A stretch of DNA of 63,395 nucleotides, the filler included, from Octopus bimaculoides (lineage: Eukaryota): NCBI RefSeq assembly GCF_001194135.2. It is 4 parts of 4 records of this genome, joined end to end, with 100 filler letters (N's around TTAATTAATTAA, not from the genome) between each part and the next. Parts side by side here need not be neighbours in the genome. Positions count along the whole stretch, not along the records: positions 37,194 to 61,919 come from NC_068987.1; positions 62,020 to 63,395 come from NC_069005.1; 2 more parts are not named here. One strand, written 5' to 3'. Positions 50,690-62,050 of this stretch are shown in pieces. How positions within the stretch are numbered: the first letter of the stretch is position 1; the number at the start of each line of letters is the position of its first letter. The position numbers and the translations under genes are program-made. Below the pieces are notes generated by a model. It searched no databases, was not told the DNA's origin, and was given only the letters and a program-made list of their open reading frames with translations.

Positions 50690-51835
50690 TCAGATATTGG
50701 ACGCTGTTATCCCTCTCCATGTTCCCTCCCATATCTATTTCCACTTCCTCAGAGTTGGCACTGTTAATGTAAGCACATTGAAAGGTAGTTCTGGTGAGAT
50801 TGTTGAGATGCTTGAATGGAGACACGTTGATGTGTGTTGCATTCAAGAAGTAAGGTGAAGTGAAGCTTCAGCCAGGTTCCTCACAGGCAAGAAATATAGG
50901 TATAAAATCTTCTGGGAAGGTAACTAATGGCGTAGGTGGTGTTGGCATATTTCTAACAGAGAAATGGGTGGATAAGGTGATTGAGGTAGTCAGAGTACTT
51001 AAGCTTAGGGTACTTTTTCAGTGTAGTACAACAACAATTATCTCTGCCTATGCCCCACCAAAAGCGGGTCTGCCAAATGAACAAAAGAACCATTTTTATG
51101 ATATTCTTCTGCAGGTTATCTCAAAGACAAATGACAATGACCTCATCTTCATGGCTGTTGATTTCAATGGACATGTTAGGTGACTCCTGAGTATCTTCCA
51201 TGGTGTACACAGGGTCCATAGAATTGGCTACTGGAGTTCTGTGGTTCAAAATAACCTAATGATCTGCAACACAAACTTCAGAAAGCCAGCCAGTCACCTG
51301 ATAATCTACCAATTGGATGGCCATGCTAGTAAAATTGATTACATTCTCACCAGAAAATGAGATGCATGGTTACTCATAAATGCAAAGACTTTCTCTGGTG
51401 AAGAATATACCCCACAACATAATCCTAATAAGTTGGAAAATAAACAAATAGATCCCTTCAGGGAGATGGCCCTGCTCACTATGCAGAAAAGGTATCAGGA
51501 GAAACTCCATATGGTGTACCCAGTGCAAGCTATGGACACATAAGAGGTGTAACAGTATTACCAGAAGATTAACAGAGAAAGTAGTCTTTACATGTGGCAG
51601 ATGTGCAGGGACATTAAACATTTAGAATGTACAAAAATAGATTCCCTCAAAAGTCAGCGGGGATCCTTAGAAGTACTACCTCTGCTAGTAATGAAGTGCC
51701 TCTCCCTTAGAGTGAAAGGCAAATTGTATGATGTCTGTGTATGAATAGCTATTCTACATGGCAGTGAGACATGGGCTGTGACTACCGTGGGCATGCAAAG
51801 ACTTGAAAGAAATGAAGCCAATATGCTTTACTGGA
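50690..51835 (+). mobile_element. RTE LINE with endonuclease N-terminus and a large internal deletion
   Basis: LRVGTVNVSTLKG..VDVCCIQEV (hand-read), ISAYAP and DFNGHV; jumps at ~51430 to the post-RT Cys-rich region. Confidence 0.8.
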
Positions 51836-52140
51836 TATATGAGGTGGTGTCAAAAGGTTCCTGGACTTGTTATGTTTAATAAAAAATAACTTATTTACAT
51901 AAGTTTTAACATCATCTCCTTCGAAATACTCACCTTGCACAGCAATACACTGGTCCCAGCCTTCCTGCCGCTTTTGGAATCCAGCCTGGAAGTTGTTTTC
52001 CATAAATGAGTCAAGGACCTTCTGCAATTCACTCTGGATCTTGACAATGGTGTTAAAAGGGCAACCTTTGAGCTGCATTTTCATCTTGGGGAAGAGATGT
52101 AAGTTTTCAGGTGCTAAATCTGGCGAATAGGTGGATGTGG
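51836..52140 (-). mobile_element. mariner 3' end with TIR, inserted in the RTE
   Basis: FQAGFQKRQEGWDQCIAVQGEYFEGD (mariner C-terminal W..C...G.YFE motif); TA-flanked TIR-like TATGAGGTGGTGTCAAAAGGTTCCTGGACT. Confidence 0.75.
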
Positions 52141-52394
52141 AAGCAATATCATGCTGTTGGGGTGGGGGGGTGGCGTGAAGCCTTTAAAAGTGTTCATGGG
52201 AGACAACCCAAGGATCGGAGAGGATAGGAACTTCCGGTACTGGTGGAGAGGATAGGAACTTCCAGTACTGGTGGAGGGGGTGGGAGGGGGTGATTAATAT
52301 TATTCGTTTTGTTTATAAACTTTTTGATTTTTATTCCAAGATTTGTTAGTTTAATTTTAGGATGGGATAGGTTAGGATTGGTATCATTTTGTTT

Positions 52395-54797
52395 AGTCGA
52401 TAGTACCATGGTAGATAAAGCAATTAAGAGTATGAAGACAGGGAAAGTCCCCGGCCCGTCAGGAATCACTGCAGAGATGCTTAAAATATCTGGCAGTGTC
52501 GACTATAGCCTAGTTACCCGTATTGTTAACCAGGTGATACACGAAGGAGTCATACCCAATGACTGGTGTAGCAGCACCATAGTCAACTGCTACAGAGGTA
52601 AAGGTGACGCTTTAGATACAAATAATTACAGAGGTATCAAGTTGTTGGATCAGGTAATGAAAGTAACGGAGAGGGTCATAGCCCAACTAATTAGGGAGAG
52701 AGTCAGTTTAGATGAGATGTAGTTTGGGTTCGTGCCAGGGAAAAGCACCACTGATGCTATATTTCTGGTAAGACAGCTTCAGGAGAAATACCTAGCCAAA
52801 GATAAACTTCTGTACCTGGCTTTTGTTGACATGGAGAAAGCCTTTGACAGGGTCCCCCGATCCCTTATCTGGTGGTCAATGAGGAAACTTGGGATAGAAG
52901 AATAGTNNNNNNNNNNNNNNNNNNNNNNNNNNNNNNNNNNNNNNNNNNNNNNNNNNNNNNNNNNNNNNNNNNNNNNNNNNNNNNNNNNNNNNNNNNNNNN
53001 NNNNNNNNNNNNNNNNNNNNNNNNNNNNNNNNNNNNNNNNNNNNNNNNNNNNNNNNNNNNNNNNNNNNNNNNNNNNNNNNNNNNNNNNNNNNNNNNNNNN
53101 NNNNNNNNNNNNNNNNNNNNNNNNNNNNNNNNNNNNNNNNNNNNNNNNNNNNNNNNNNNNNNNNNNNNNNNNNNNNNNNNNNNNNNNNNNNNNNNNNNNN
53201 NNNNNNNNNNNNNNNNNNNNNNNNNNNNNNNNNNNNNNNNNNNNNNNNNNNNNNNNNNNNNNNNNNNNNNNNNNNNNNAGAGGTAGGGGTCCACCAAGGT
53301 TCAGTCCTCAGCCCCTCCTATTTGTCATAGTCCTCCAGGCAATAACACAGGAATTCAAGACAGGATGCCCCTGGGAGCTCCTCTATGCTGATGACCTTGC
53401 TTTAATTGCTGAGTCACTATTAGAACTAGAGGAGAAGTTTCAGGTGTGGAAGCAAGGACTAGAATCGAAGGACCCTAGAGTCAACCTAGCTAAAACCAAA
53501 GTCCTAATAAGTAGGAAAGTAGACAAAACACAAACCCCTTCAGGTAGATGGCCCTGCTCGATCTGTAGAAAAAGGCGTAGGTAGAAACTCTGTAAGATGT
53601 ACCCAGTGTAAACTATGGACACATAAGAGGTGCAGCAATACCAAAGGAAAGCTAACTAGGAAGTTAGTTATTGTATGTGGCAGATGTTCAGGAGCAATAA
53701 ACACTGAAAATGTGCAGAAAGCAACTTCTGCCACTTTCCAGGGAGAAAAACTAGAAGTAGCTGATAGCTTCTGTTATCTAGGTGACCGAATTAGTAGTGG
53801 GGGAGAGTGCACTGAATATGTAGCTGCTAGAATATGAATAGCCTGGGCAAAGTTCAGAGAGCTCTTACCTCTGCTGGTGACAAAGGGCCTCTCGCTCAGA
53901 GTAAAAGGCAGACNNNNNNNNNNAGAATGGATGAAGATAGCTGTGTGAAAAAGTGCCACACCCTAGCAGTTGAGGGAACCTGTGGAAGAGGTAGACCCAG
54001 GAAGACCTGAGATGAGGTAGTGAAGCATGACCTTCAAACATTAGGCCTCACTGAGGCAATGGCTTGTGACCGAGACCTTTGGAAATATGCTGTGCGTAAG
54101 AAGAACTGGCAAGCCAAGTGAGACCATAATCCGAGGCCCACTTATGCGTACCTTTCCTTCATTGGACACTAATCTCCGCTTGCGAAGACCTGTTGAGGCA
54201 AGTGAAATCAAAATCGAACCAAATTCGATGACTGGCACCCATGCCAACCTCTTCTTCATTGGACACTAAACTCTGCTTGTGAAGACCTGTTGGGGCAAGT
54301 GAAATCAAAATCTTGATGGCACCTGTTCCAGTGGAGCGCTAAGAGCACTCTCTGAGCATGATCATTGCCAGAGCAGCTGTCAGGCTTCCGTGCCAGTGGC
54401 ACGTATATAGCACCATTTGAGCATGAACTTTACCAGCGTCGCCCTACTGGCACTTGTGCCGGTGGCACGTGAAAAACATTCAAGCAAGGTCATTGCCAGT
54501 GCCGCTGGACTGGCTCTTGTGCAGGTGGCATGTAAAATACACCATTTTGAGTGCGGCCGTTGTCAATACCGCCTGACTGGCCTTTGTGTCGGTGGCTCCT
54601 GTGTTGGTGGCATCTAAAAAAAGCACCCACTACACTCTCGGAGTGGTTGGTGTTAGGAAGGGCATCCAGCTGTAGAAACTCTGCCAAATCAGATTGGAGC
54701 CTGGTGTAGCCGTGTGGTTCGCCAGTCCTCAGTCAAATCGTCCAACCCATGCTAGCATGGAAGGCAGACATTAAACAATGATGATGATGATGATGAC
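52395..54797 (+). mobile_element. RTE LINE (RT through 3' UTR) with gaps
   Basis: NYRGIKLLDQVMKV, GVHQGSVLSP, WELLYADDL, then the 3' UTR and a (GAT)n tail at 54778-54795. Confidence 0.9.
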
Positions 54798-54799
54798 TA

Positions 54800-55040
54800 T
54801 TATAAACCGCTTAACATTAACATCCCCTTTTATATATCTAACTCTAAAAATACATACTGATCTAGAAATCAAACAAACTAATCTTCTAAAACTACAACTT
54901 ACTCAATCAAATAAAATATGTAATTCAACAAACAACCTTATAACATTAAAAATTTCCCATGAAATAATATAACAACAATTATTCAAAATTAAATACATAA
55001 ATATAATTTAAAAAAAAAAGAAACTGACATTAACATAATA
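54800..55040 (-). pseudogene. ND5: NUMT: mitochondrial ND5 5' part
   Basis: Read with the invertebrate mitochondrial code: LFDWVSCSFSSLVCLISSSVCIFSVSYMKGDVNVKRF. Confidence 0.85.
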
Positions 55041-55054
55041 CTAAAAAAATTTCT

Positions 55055-55125
55055 AATTTTAATTTACCCATAGTAAAATAAATTAACTTTTTCTCTAAAC
55101 CCACAACCTAGTATTTTTATATAAA
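55055..55125 (-). pseudogene. trnH: NUMT: tRNA-His remnant
   Basis: Anticodon loop GTTGTGGG on the minus strand, located between ND4 and ND5. Confidence 0.6.
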
Positions 55126-55345
55126 CTAATTTTACTAAATTAAAAACTAACTCCCCTAATGTATCTAACATTCAAAATAAATATTAACAAAGGAATAATA
55201 TGTAAAAACAATAATAAATTTTCATTTCTTTTATTAATCCTTAAAACCTTTATAAATCTTATCATTTGACTGTGATCAACTCTAACATAAAAAATTAGAT
55301 TATATAAACCTCCCCAAAATACCATTATTACACTAAAAAACAATA

Positions 55346-55376
<31 letters not shown>

Positions 55377-56450
55377 GAAACATACAATATAATTTCCCTA
55401 ATTAAATTAATAAATGGAGGAACCACTATATTACAAATATACAACAAAAATATTAATAATCTCATCATAGGATTAGAATTAATTATACCCCCACACAAAA
55501 ATAATCTTCGACTATTGATTTTTTCATAAATTAAATTACCTAAACAAAACAACCCTTAAGAACATAATCCATGACAAACCATTATCAAAATAGCCCATTC
55601 TCAACCAACAATAAATCCTCTAATTATTCCTGCTAATATCACCCCTATATGACCAATAGAAGAATAAGCAATTAATTTTTTTATATCTCTCTGACCAACA
55701 CAAATAATAGAAGTTAACTCCCCTCATAAACAAACAACAAGTAACATAATTATATAACTTCTACCCCAAAACTTAAATAAACCTATAAACTGTATAATTC
55801 CATAACCTCCCAACTTCAACAATACCCTAGCCAAAATTATTGATCCTGAAACAGGAACTTCCACATAAATGAAAACAATAAATAGGCAACTTCACTAAAA
55901 AAGCCAATAATAATCCAACAACTCAATATAACCTAACATTATTAACAAACAATAAGCTAATTACATTTATTCTATAAGATCCCTCTCAATACCCTCATAA
56001 TAATAAACATAATAACAAAGGTAAAGAAGCTCTAACTGTATATAACATCATATATATACCAGCTTGTAACCACTCAGGTTGATACCCCCAACTTAAAATC
56101 GATAATAAAGTAGGAACTAATGAAATTTCAAAAAACAAATAAAACATAATTAAATTCTTTACTAAAAAAATACAATTACTACAAAACATAATACTGAAAC
56201 ACAAAAGAAAAAAATCCTTACTTTATTATCTATTCTTTTTACTGATTTATATCTAGATAATAACATTAAACTACTTGTCCAAAATCATAATAAAATCAAA
56301 ACCCTTGATATTTTATCAAAAAACAAAAAACAAAAAAAAACTCTCTTATTCCCCTATAATCAATTTTTAAATATTTTAATCTTATAAATCTAAAACTCAT
56401 TATATATCACAAACATAATTCTCACTTTAATCAAAAATTTGAAATAAGAA
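55125..56450 (-). pseudogene. ND4: NUMT: mitochondrial ND4, disrupted
   Basis: [31 protein letters not shown] and PPFINL; deletion within the HLWLPKAHVEAP motif and a (TA)n expansion at ~55352. Confidence 0.9.
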
Positions 56451-56720
56451 TATAACAATTCCTATTAATATACCTATAATTTATAAACCCTCAATCTTAA
56501 AACGTAATCATTTCCATGTAACTGAATAAATCTAACTAATAATGACAATCCTAAAGTAGCCTCACAAACCCCAAAAACAACCACAATAATAACCAAATAT
56601 AAATTTAAACTAATTATACCTAAAGAAAAAATATAGAAAAATCTCTTAATGTCAACACCTCAAAACCCAATAAAATATTCAAAATATGTTTTCATTGAAA
56701 TGATAATACAAACAACCGAC
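56450..56720 (-). pseudogene. ND4L: NUMT: mitochondrial ND4L
   Basis: KHILNILLGFEVLTL and VFGVCEATLGLSLLV. Confidence 0.85.
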
Positions 56721-56771
56721 ATATATATATATATATATTCCTATCAACAACAATTATTTATAATCATACAA

Positions 56772-56829
56772 ACGTCATAATAGTTTAAATAAAACATTTG
56801 TCTTGTAAACCAAAATTAAATATTAATTC

Positions 56830-56835
<6 letters not shown>
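56772..56835 (+). pseudogene. trnT: NUMT: tRNA-Thr remnant
   Basis: TTTGTCTTGTAAACCAAAA anticodon arm (UGU), on the strand opposite ND4L. Confidence 0.7.
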
Positions 56836-56865
<30 letters not shown>

Positions 56866-57148
56866 NNNNNNNNNNNNNNNNNNNNNNNNNNNNNNNNNNN
56901 NNNNNNNNNNNNNNNNNNNNNNNNNNNNNNNNNNNNNNNNNNNNNNNNNNNNNNNNNNNNNNNNNNNNNNNNNNNNNNNNNNNNNNNNNNNNNNNNNNNN
57001 NNNNNNNNNNNNNNNNNNNNNNNNNNNNNNNNNNNNNNNNNNNNNNNNNNNNNNNNNNNNNNNNNNNNNNNNNNNNNNNNNNNNNNNNNNNNNNNNNNNN
57101 NNNNNNNNNNNNNNNNNNNNNNNNNNNNNNNNNNNNNNNNNNNNNNNN

Positions 57149-57545
57149 TCATCAAACCATTCATTCTAGCCCCAATTTATAGAGCAAATTATTATGCTAC
57201 CTTAGTACAGTTATAATACCACAGCTGTTAAATATTAATCACCGAGCAGGCCCAACTCTCTATTAAAAAAACTCAAAGGGACGTGTTTTTGATAAACAGG
57301 CAAAATTAACTTTTGCCAAATTCCTTTACTTTACTTAATTTATAACATGTATATACATATATTAATAACCTTAAATTTCAATATATTAAATTATTAACCT
57401 AATAAATATACTGAACACAATAGTACTCATTTTAACATTATATTTTTCTTTAACCAATTCAAAGAAATTTATTTAATTAATTATAAAAAAATTATATTTA
57501 ACACAAATATATTAAAATATCAATTAAGAAAAAATATTAATTCAA
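57149..57545 (-). pseudogene. rrnL: NUMT: mitochondrial 16S rRNA fragment
   Basis: GTGTTTTTGATAAACAGGC is nearly the reverse complement of the universal 16Sar primer site; TTATGCTACCTT is a conserved 16S segment. Confidence 0.85.
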
Positions 57546-59300
57546 CTTTCCATGAAAGTAATTAATTTCAGATGGAAAACTCAGACGAGGAGGTCATGCC
57601 TGTCTTTAGGCTTTTGAATGAAGAAGAGATCGGCCTGAATCTCCTTCCACTAGGGATTGCATGTAAGTCAGTCCTGCCGTGATGGCAGACAAGGGTCATT
57701 GCATCCTGTGTTCTTTCATGCATATATCGGGGACTTCCAGTGAATGTGGAAGGCAAGATGAAAAGTCTTCCTATGCTTGTTGGAGCAGCATCATTGTTGA
57801 TGGCATCTTGGAGATGGATGTAGCTGTCAGAGCGCAATTTTTGTTGATGTGATCTGATGAAACACAATCTCTCTGATTCCATTTTTGCGCACATATCAAC
57901 TGCAAATTGATAAAATAGATCTCGAGACTGGTGGAGGTGATTACAGGAGTTGTTTTGTGTCATAAATTGGTATGAGTAGAAGTTCATGCAGGATACTGGT
58001 TTGTTGAGATATTCATTACGATTTTGTGGATGTTGCTGTGGTATACCGATGTGGTAGCCACCCTCACCGTAAACAAACAGAAGTGGATACTGAAGTGTGT
58101 CGTATGATCGGTGTGTTTCTGTAATTCGTTGGAGGGTGGTGTCACGTCGCCTAAAGACAATGTCTCTGGGATTGTGCTGTTCACCGTGAAGGAGTACAGC
58201 TATTTCATTGCATGTGGGTGCATTGTAACGGCCTGCATGTTCTGTAGATGGTCTTTTCTGAGCATCTATGCTAACATTGAAATTAGAAGAAGCTTCTGTT
58301 TCCAAGGCATACTTGAAGCTGTGTATGTAGCTGTTTGTCTGGTGTAGAAGGTCTTGTGGTTGCATTATCAATTGAAATTTAGTACCATTGGAAATGGTGT
58401 TTCGTTGGGTGGCTTGTTCATGTAAATTTACATACAAAGTACTGTTGAAGGAATTGAGGATCTTTATTTTCAGCAGGTTTGAGTGATCCTATCCTATGGT
58501 AAACCTGTCCCTGCACTTTGAAAGTTGGCATAAACCCACCTTCTTGAACAACATTAGCGCTGAAAGATGTCATTTGGAATGCAGTTGTACTTGCGGATGT
58601 TATTTAGGAAATGTTTCGACTCTGTATTTGTGCCAGTGTAGAGTGACTTTAACAGCTGTGGTGGATCCTGCAGCGGAGTGGGATTAACTGTTCCATTAGC
58701 GCAACACATAGCAGGAGTTTCTCTGGACCACTTATTAGCATTACAGAAAGAGTAAGTGATGGACATATTTCCAATGTTTATATCTGGGTGACAATCATAA
58801 TGAAGGTTAGGGTTGAGTTTCTGCAGCTCGTGCAGCAGCAGTTGAGGCAGCAGCAGTTGAGGCAGCATCAGTTGAGACAGCATCAGCACTTTGTCGAATT
58901 TGACGGTGGTGTTGAGTCTCTGCAGCAAGTGCAGCAGCAGTTGAGGCAGCATCAGCACTTCGTCGAACTTTACGCTGGTGTAGAGTCTCTGCAGCTCATG
59001 CAGCAGCAGCAGTTGAGGCAGCATCAGCACTTTGTCGAATTTGACGCTGGTGTAGAGTCTCTGCAGCTCGTGCAGCAACAGTTGAGGCAGCATCAGCAGT
59101 TCGTCAAAGTGTACGCTGGTGATCTGTTTGGAGTGTTCTTGAAGTGGCTGTACGTTCAGCATTTTGTGATCATCTAATGTCAGTTTCAAATGACGATTCA
59201 TTTGCCCTTCTTGCTGATGATGTTGCAGCTTTCACAGTTTTGCGTCCAATTGAAGAAGTCTTTCTTCGGGGCATGATCTAAAATAAGCACGATGAAATGC
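57546..59300 (-). mobile_element. Helitron Rep/helicase gene, N-terminal half, frameshifted and truncated
   Basis: C..C.A.KW..ETPAMCC..G, FLNNIRKYN, GRYNAPT.NEIA, HRSYDTLQYPLLF..GE.G and LPSTFTGSPRYMHE..QDAMT are Helitron motifs. Confidence 0.9.
58815..59125 (-). repeat. ~69-bp tandem repeat (~4 copies) in the Helitron N-terminal ORF
   Basis: The likely true frame reads ADAASTAAARAAETLHQRQIRQS repeated; both ORF-track frames over it are off-frame or antisense. Confidence 0.8.
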
Positions 59301-59729
59301 AGTGAGATACACTGTGAAGTATGAAATATTAATTGAATGGTTATTATGTAAGTGTAGATAATTTGCAAACTTGCAACTGCTGCAGTAATAATGAAGTGGT
59401 ATTAGAACGGTAAATGTGTCCACTAACATGATGTTAGTGTTATGACATGAAAATGGCAACAGTTGTGAAAGGCACAGCGAGAGAAATGGTAATAGGAAAG
59501 GAGAAAGTGGTAATGAAATGCGTTGGGAAAGTTATCGTTTGTGTGGACATGAATTTTGGGTGTTGTTTGTCAAGGCATGTCTGGTCTGCCATATAGATTG
59601 GATAGGGAAAGGGTTAATGAAAGAGCAATTGGATGAATTGATTAGGTTTGTTTATTTGTGCTGGTGGTGTCGAAGCTGCTGTTGATGTTGCATGTGAGTG
59701 TAGGAATGGTCATAGGCAAGTTAGTCGGT

Positions 59730-61570
59730 GTGCAGGTCCACATGAAGGAAGAAGGAAAAAAGTATCGTTAAATTTGTATGTGTGCAGTGGTACGCATTTC
59801 AGTAAGAAGTGAAAGAAGTGGGAGTGTTATCGCCTATTGTTAATGAAAGAAATGGAAAAGAATAGGAAATGTAAGAAATGAAGCGAATAAATGTAAAAGA
59901 TTGCTCGGCGCCAGCATTAGGGAAGAAGTATGGAATTATTTGGAAAGAAATGAAAATGTGGAAAGTAGGAGTCGTGACAGGGAATAGAAAAAGGAAGGTA
60001 TTATTGTAGCATAATTTGAATGTCCGTGATGGAAGACATATGAATGGGCTGGAAAAGAAAGAAAGAGAATAGTTAGGAGTTGATATGCAGGTGTAGCTTG
60101 AGACACTAATGGAATTACTTTGTGTTTGTAAGACGTCGTGCTACCACTGAACAGCTATTTGCGAGAAGCTGTTACATGGTGGCGCGCGTATCAGTAAGGA
60201 GTGGAGAAAGTGGGATTGTTTTCAGTCGTTATCAAGAACCCTGTTCCCCTATTGTAAATAAAAGAAATTGAAAAGAGATGAAAATGTAAGAAATTGAGTG
60301 AAGCAATGCAAAAGATTGCTTGGCGTCCGAATTAGGGAAGAAGTATGGAATAAGCGTGAAAAAAGTGAAAATGTAGAAATTAGGATTAGGGAGATGGAAC
60401 TGAGAAGGAAAGGTATTATTTGTGCATAATTTGAATGCCCGTTATGGTAAATATATGAATCGGCTGGAAAAGAAATGAAGGAAATTGTTTTGAGTTGATA
60501 TGCAGGTATACTTGTAGACAGTAACCAAATTGGTTGTTATTTGTAAGACGTTGTGCTATCACTGAACAGGTATGTGCGAGAAGCCGTTACGTGTGACGAA
60601 CGCGTGCTAGAAATAGCAGTGAAATATTTCATATTTCATTAGTAAAATGAGTTTAGGAATGATTGTAGGTAAGTTATTAGGTCTGCAGGGCCGCATTATT
60701 GAAGAAGGCGGAAAGGAAGTCGGTAAAATGTAATGCGTGCACTGGCACGCGTTCAGTAAGGAGAAGTATAGAAAGTGTGAGTGTTTTCACTCGTTATCAA
60801 GTACCGTGTTCCCCTATTGTTGCGGAAAGAAATTGAAAAGAGATGAAAATGTATAAAATAGAGAACAGGTATTTACGAAAAGTCGTTACGTGGTAGCAAC
60901 GCATGTTAGAAATATCAATGAAATGTGAAATATTGATGCAATTTAGAAACGAATTCAGCAGAATGAATGAATGTGCTTTAGTTGGTCAGTATTGCTTTGA
61001 TATAGCAATGTTGTGAAGAGAGGATGATAGAAATTGTAAGAGGAGAGGAGACAGTGATTATGAATTTCGTTCCCAATGTTATTTGCCTGGAAATGAATTC
61101 TTTCGTATATATAAGAAAGCAGTCAGCTAGAAGGATGAAGATATCAGTGGTGCTATAGTGGTGTGGGATCATTTTAAGTCTCCGTACGCTAGGAAGGTTA
61201 GAGGTGAAGTGGATGACAATATATTTCACTTGAGAAGGTAGTATCTGGTTAATATCTGTTACCGTGTTCCATTGTCCCCTAGTGGGAAGTAAGTTTTATT
61301 TCACTGTGGTGGTAAGGAAATGAGAATGAGATGTAAGGGGGCAATATTTTTGAGATAGCGGTTAAGTGGTGCTATTGTCGTGTGGGGTTGTTAGAACGGT
61401 GGGTACGGTAGGAAGGTTACAGTTGAAGTGGATGACAATATATTTCACTTGACAAGGATGCATGTGGTTAATGTCTGTTACCATCTTCCATTGTATCATC
61501 ATGACAAGTAATTTTTATTTGCTTGTCGTGGTACTTAAATGAGAATGAGATGTAAGGGGACAATGTTTTT
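59730..61570. repeat. Degenerate long tandem repeats (~390-560 bp and ~220 bp units), probably Helitron 5' non-coding region
   Basis: CAGTAAG..AAAGTG.GA.TGTT recurs at ~59800, 60191 and 60754; GGAAGGTTA..G.TGAAGTGGATGACAATATATTTCACTTGA recurs at ~61191 and 61411. Confidence 0.65.
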
Positions 61571-61963
61571 GAGATTCCGGTTCGAATGTAAGACAGGTCT
61601 GAAAGGGTTCTCAACAGTTATTCGTAGCTGTGGTAGAGTGTTTATGAGGGGTGTGAAGTCCCCATGAAGGGGTGTTTGTAACTTCTAAGAAGATGAAATT
61701 TTAGAAATATTACTTTGTTTGTGTGTAATATGTATGGTCAAAATTTCATCAACATCAAAAATATATGAATTTTCATGGGGTTATGGCCGTTATGCATAGA
61801 ATATAATTTCCAAATTTACATGTATGCATATAGATCTATATCTATATATGTATCTATACATATACGTGTGCATATACATGTATACTTATACATCTGTATA
61901 TATATATATATATATATATNNNNNNNNNNNNNNNNNNNNNNNNNNNNNNNNNNNNNNNNNNNN

Positions 61964-61975
61964 TTAATTAATTAA
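61964..61975. other. Assembly spacer TTAATTAATTAA (artefact)
   Basis: Same as 18312. Confidence 0.9.
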
Positions 61976-62019
61976 NNNNNNNNNNNNNNNNNNNNNNNNN
62001 NNNNNNNNNNNNNNNNNNN

Positions 62020-62050
<31 letters not shown>

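Noticed and set aside
52207-52290. 28-bp direct duplication and G-runs (possible G-quadruplex)
   Set aside because: Only two units and short G tracts between TE fragments; no evidence of function
16259-57164. Long ORFs containing X runs (e.g. 31231..32088, 35375..36346, 52779..53297)
   Set aside because: Their length comes from N gaps translated as X; they are not real ORFs
54800-57545. Functional mitochondrial genes or mtDNA contamination
   Set aside because: Frameshifts, a deletion in a conserved ND4 motif, microsatellite insertions and contiguity with nuclear TEs indicate a NUMT
58788-59177. 129-aa Gln-rich plus-strand ORF
   Set aside because: Antisense reading of the Helitron tandem repeat
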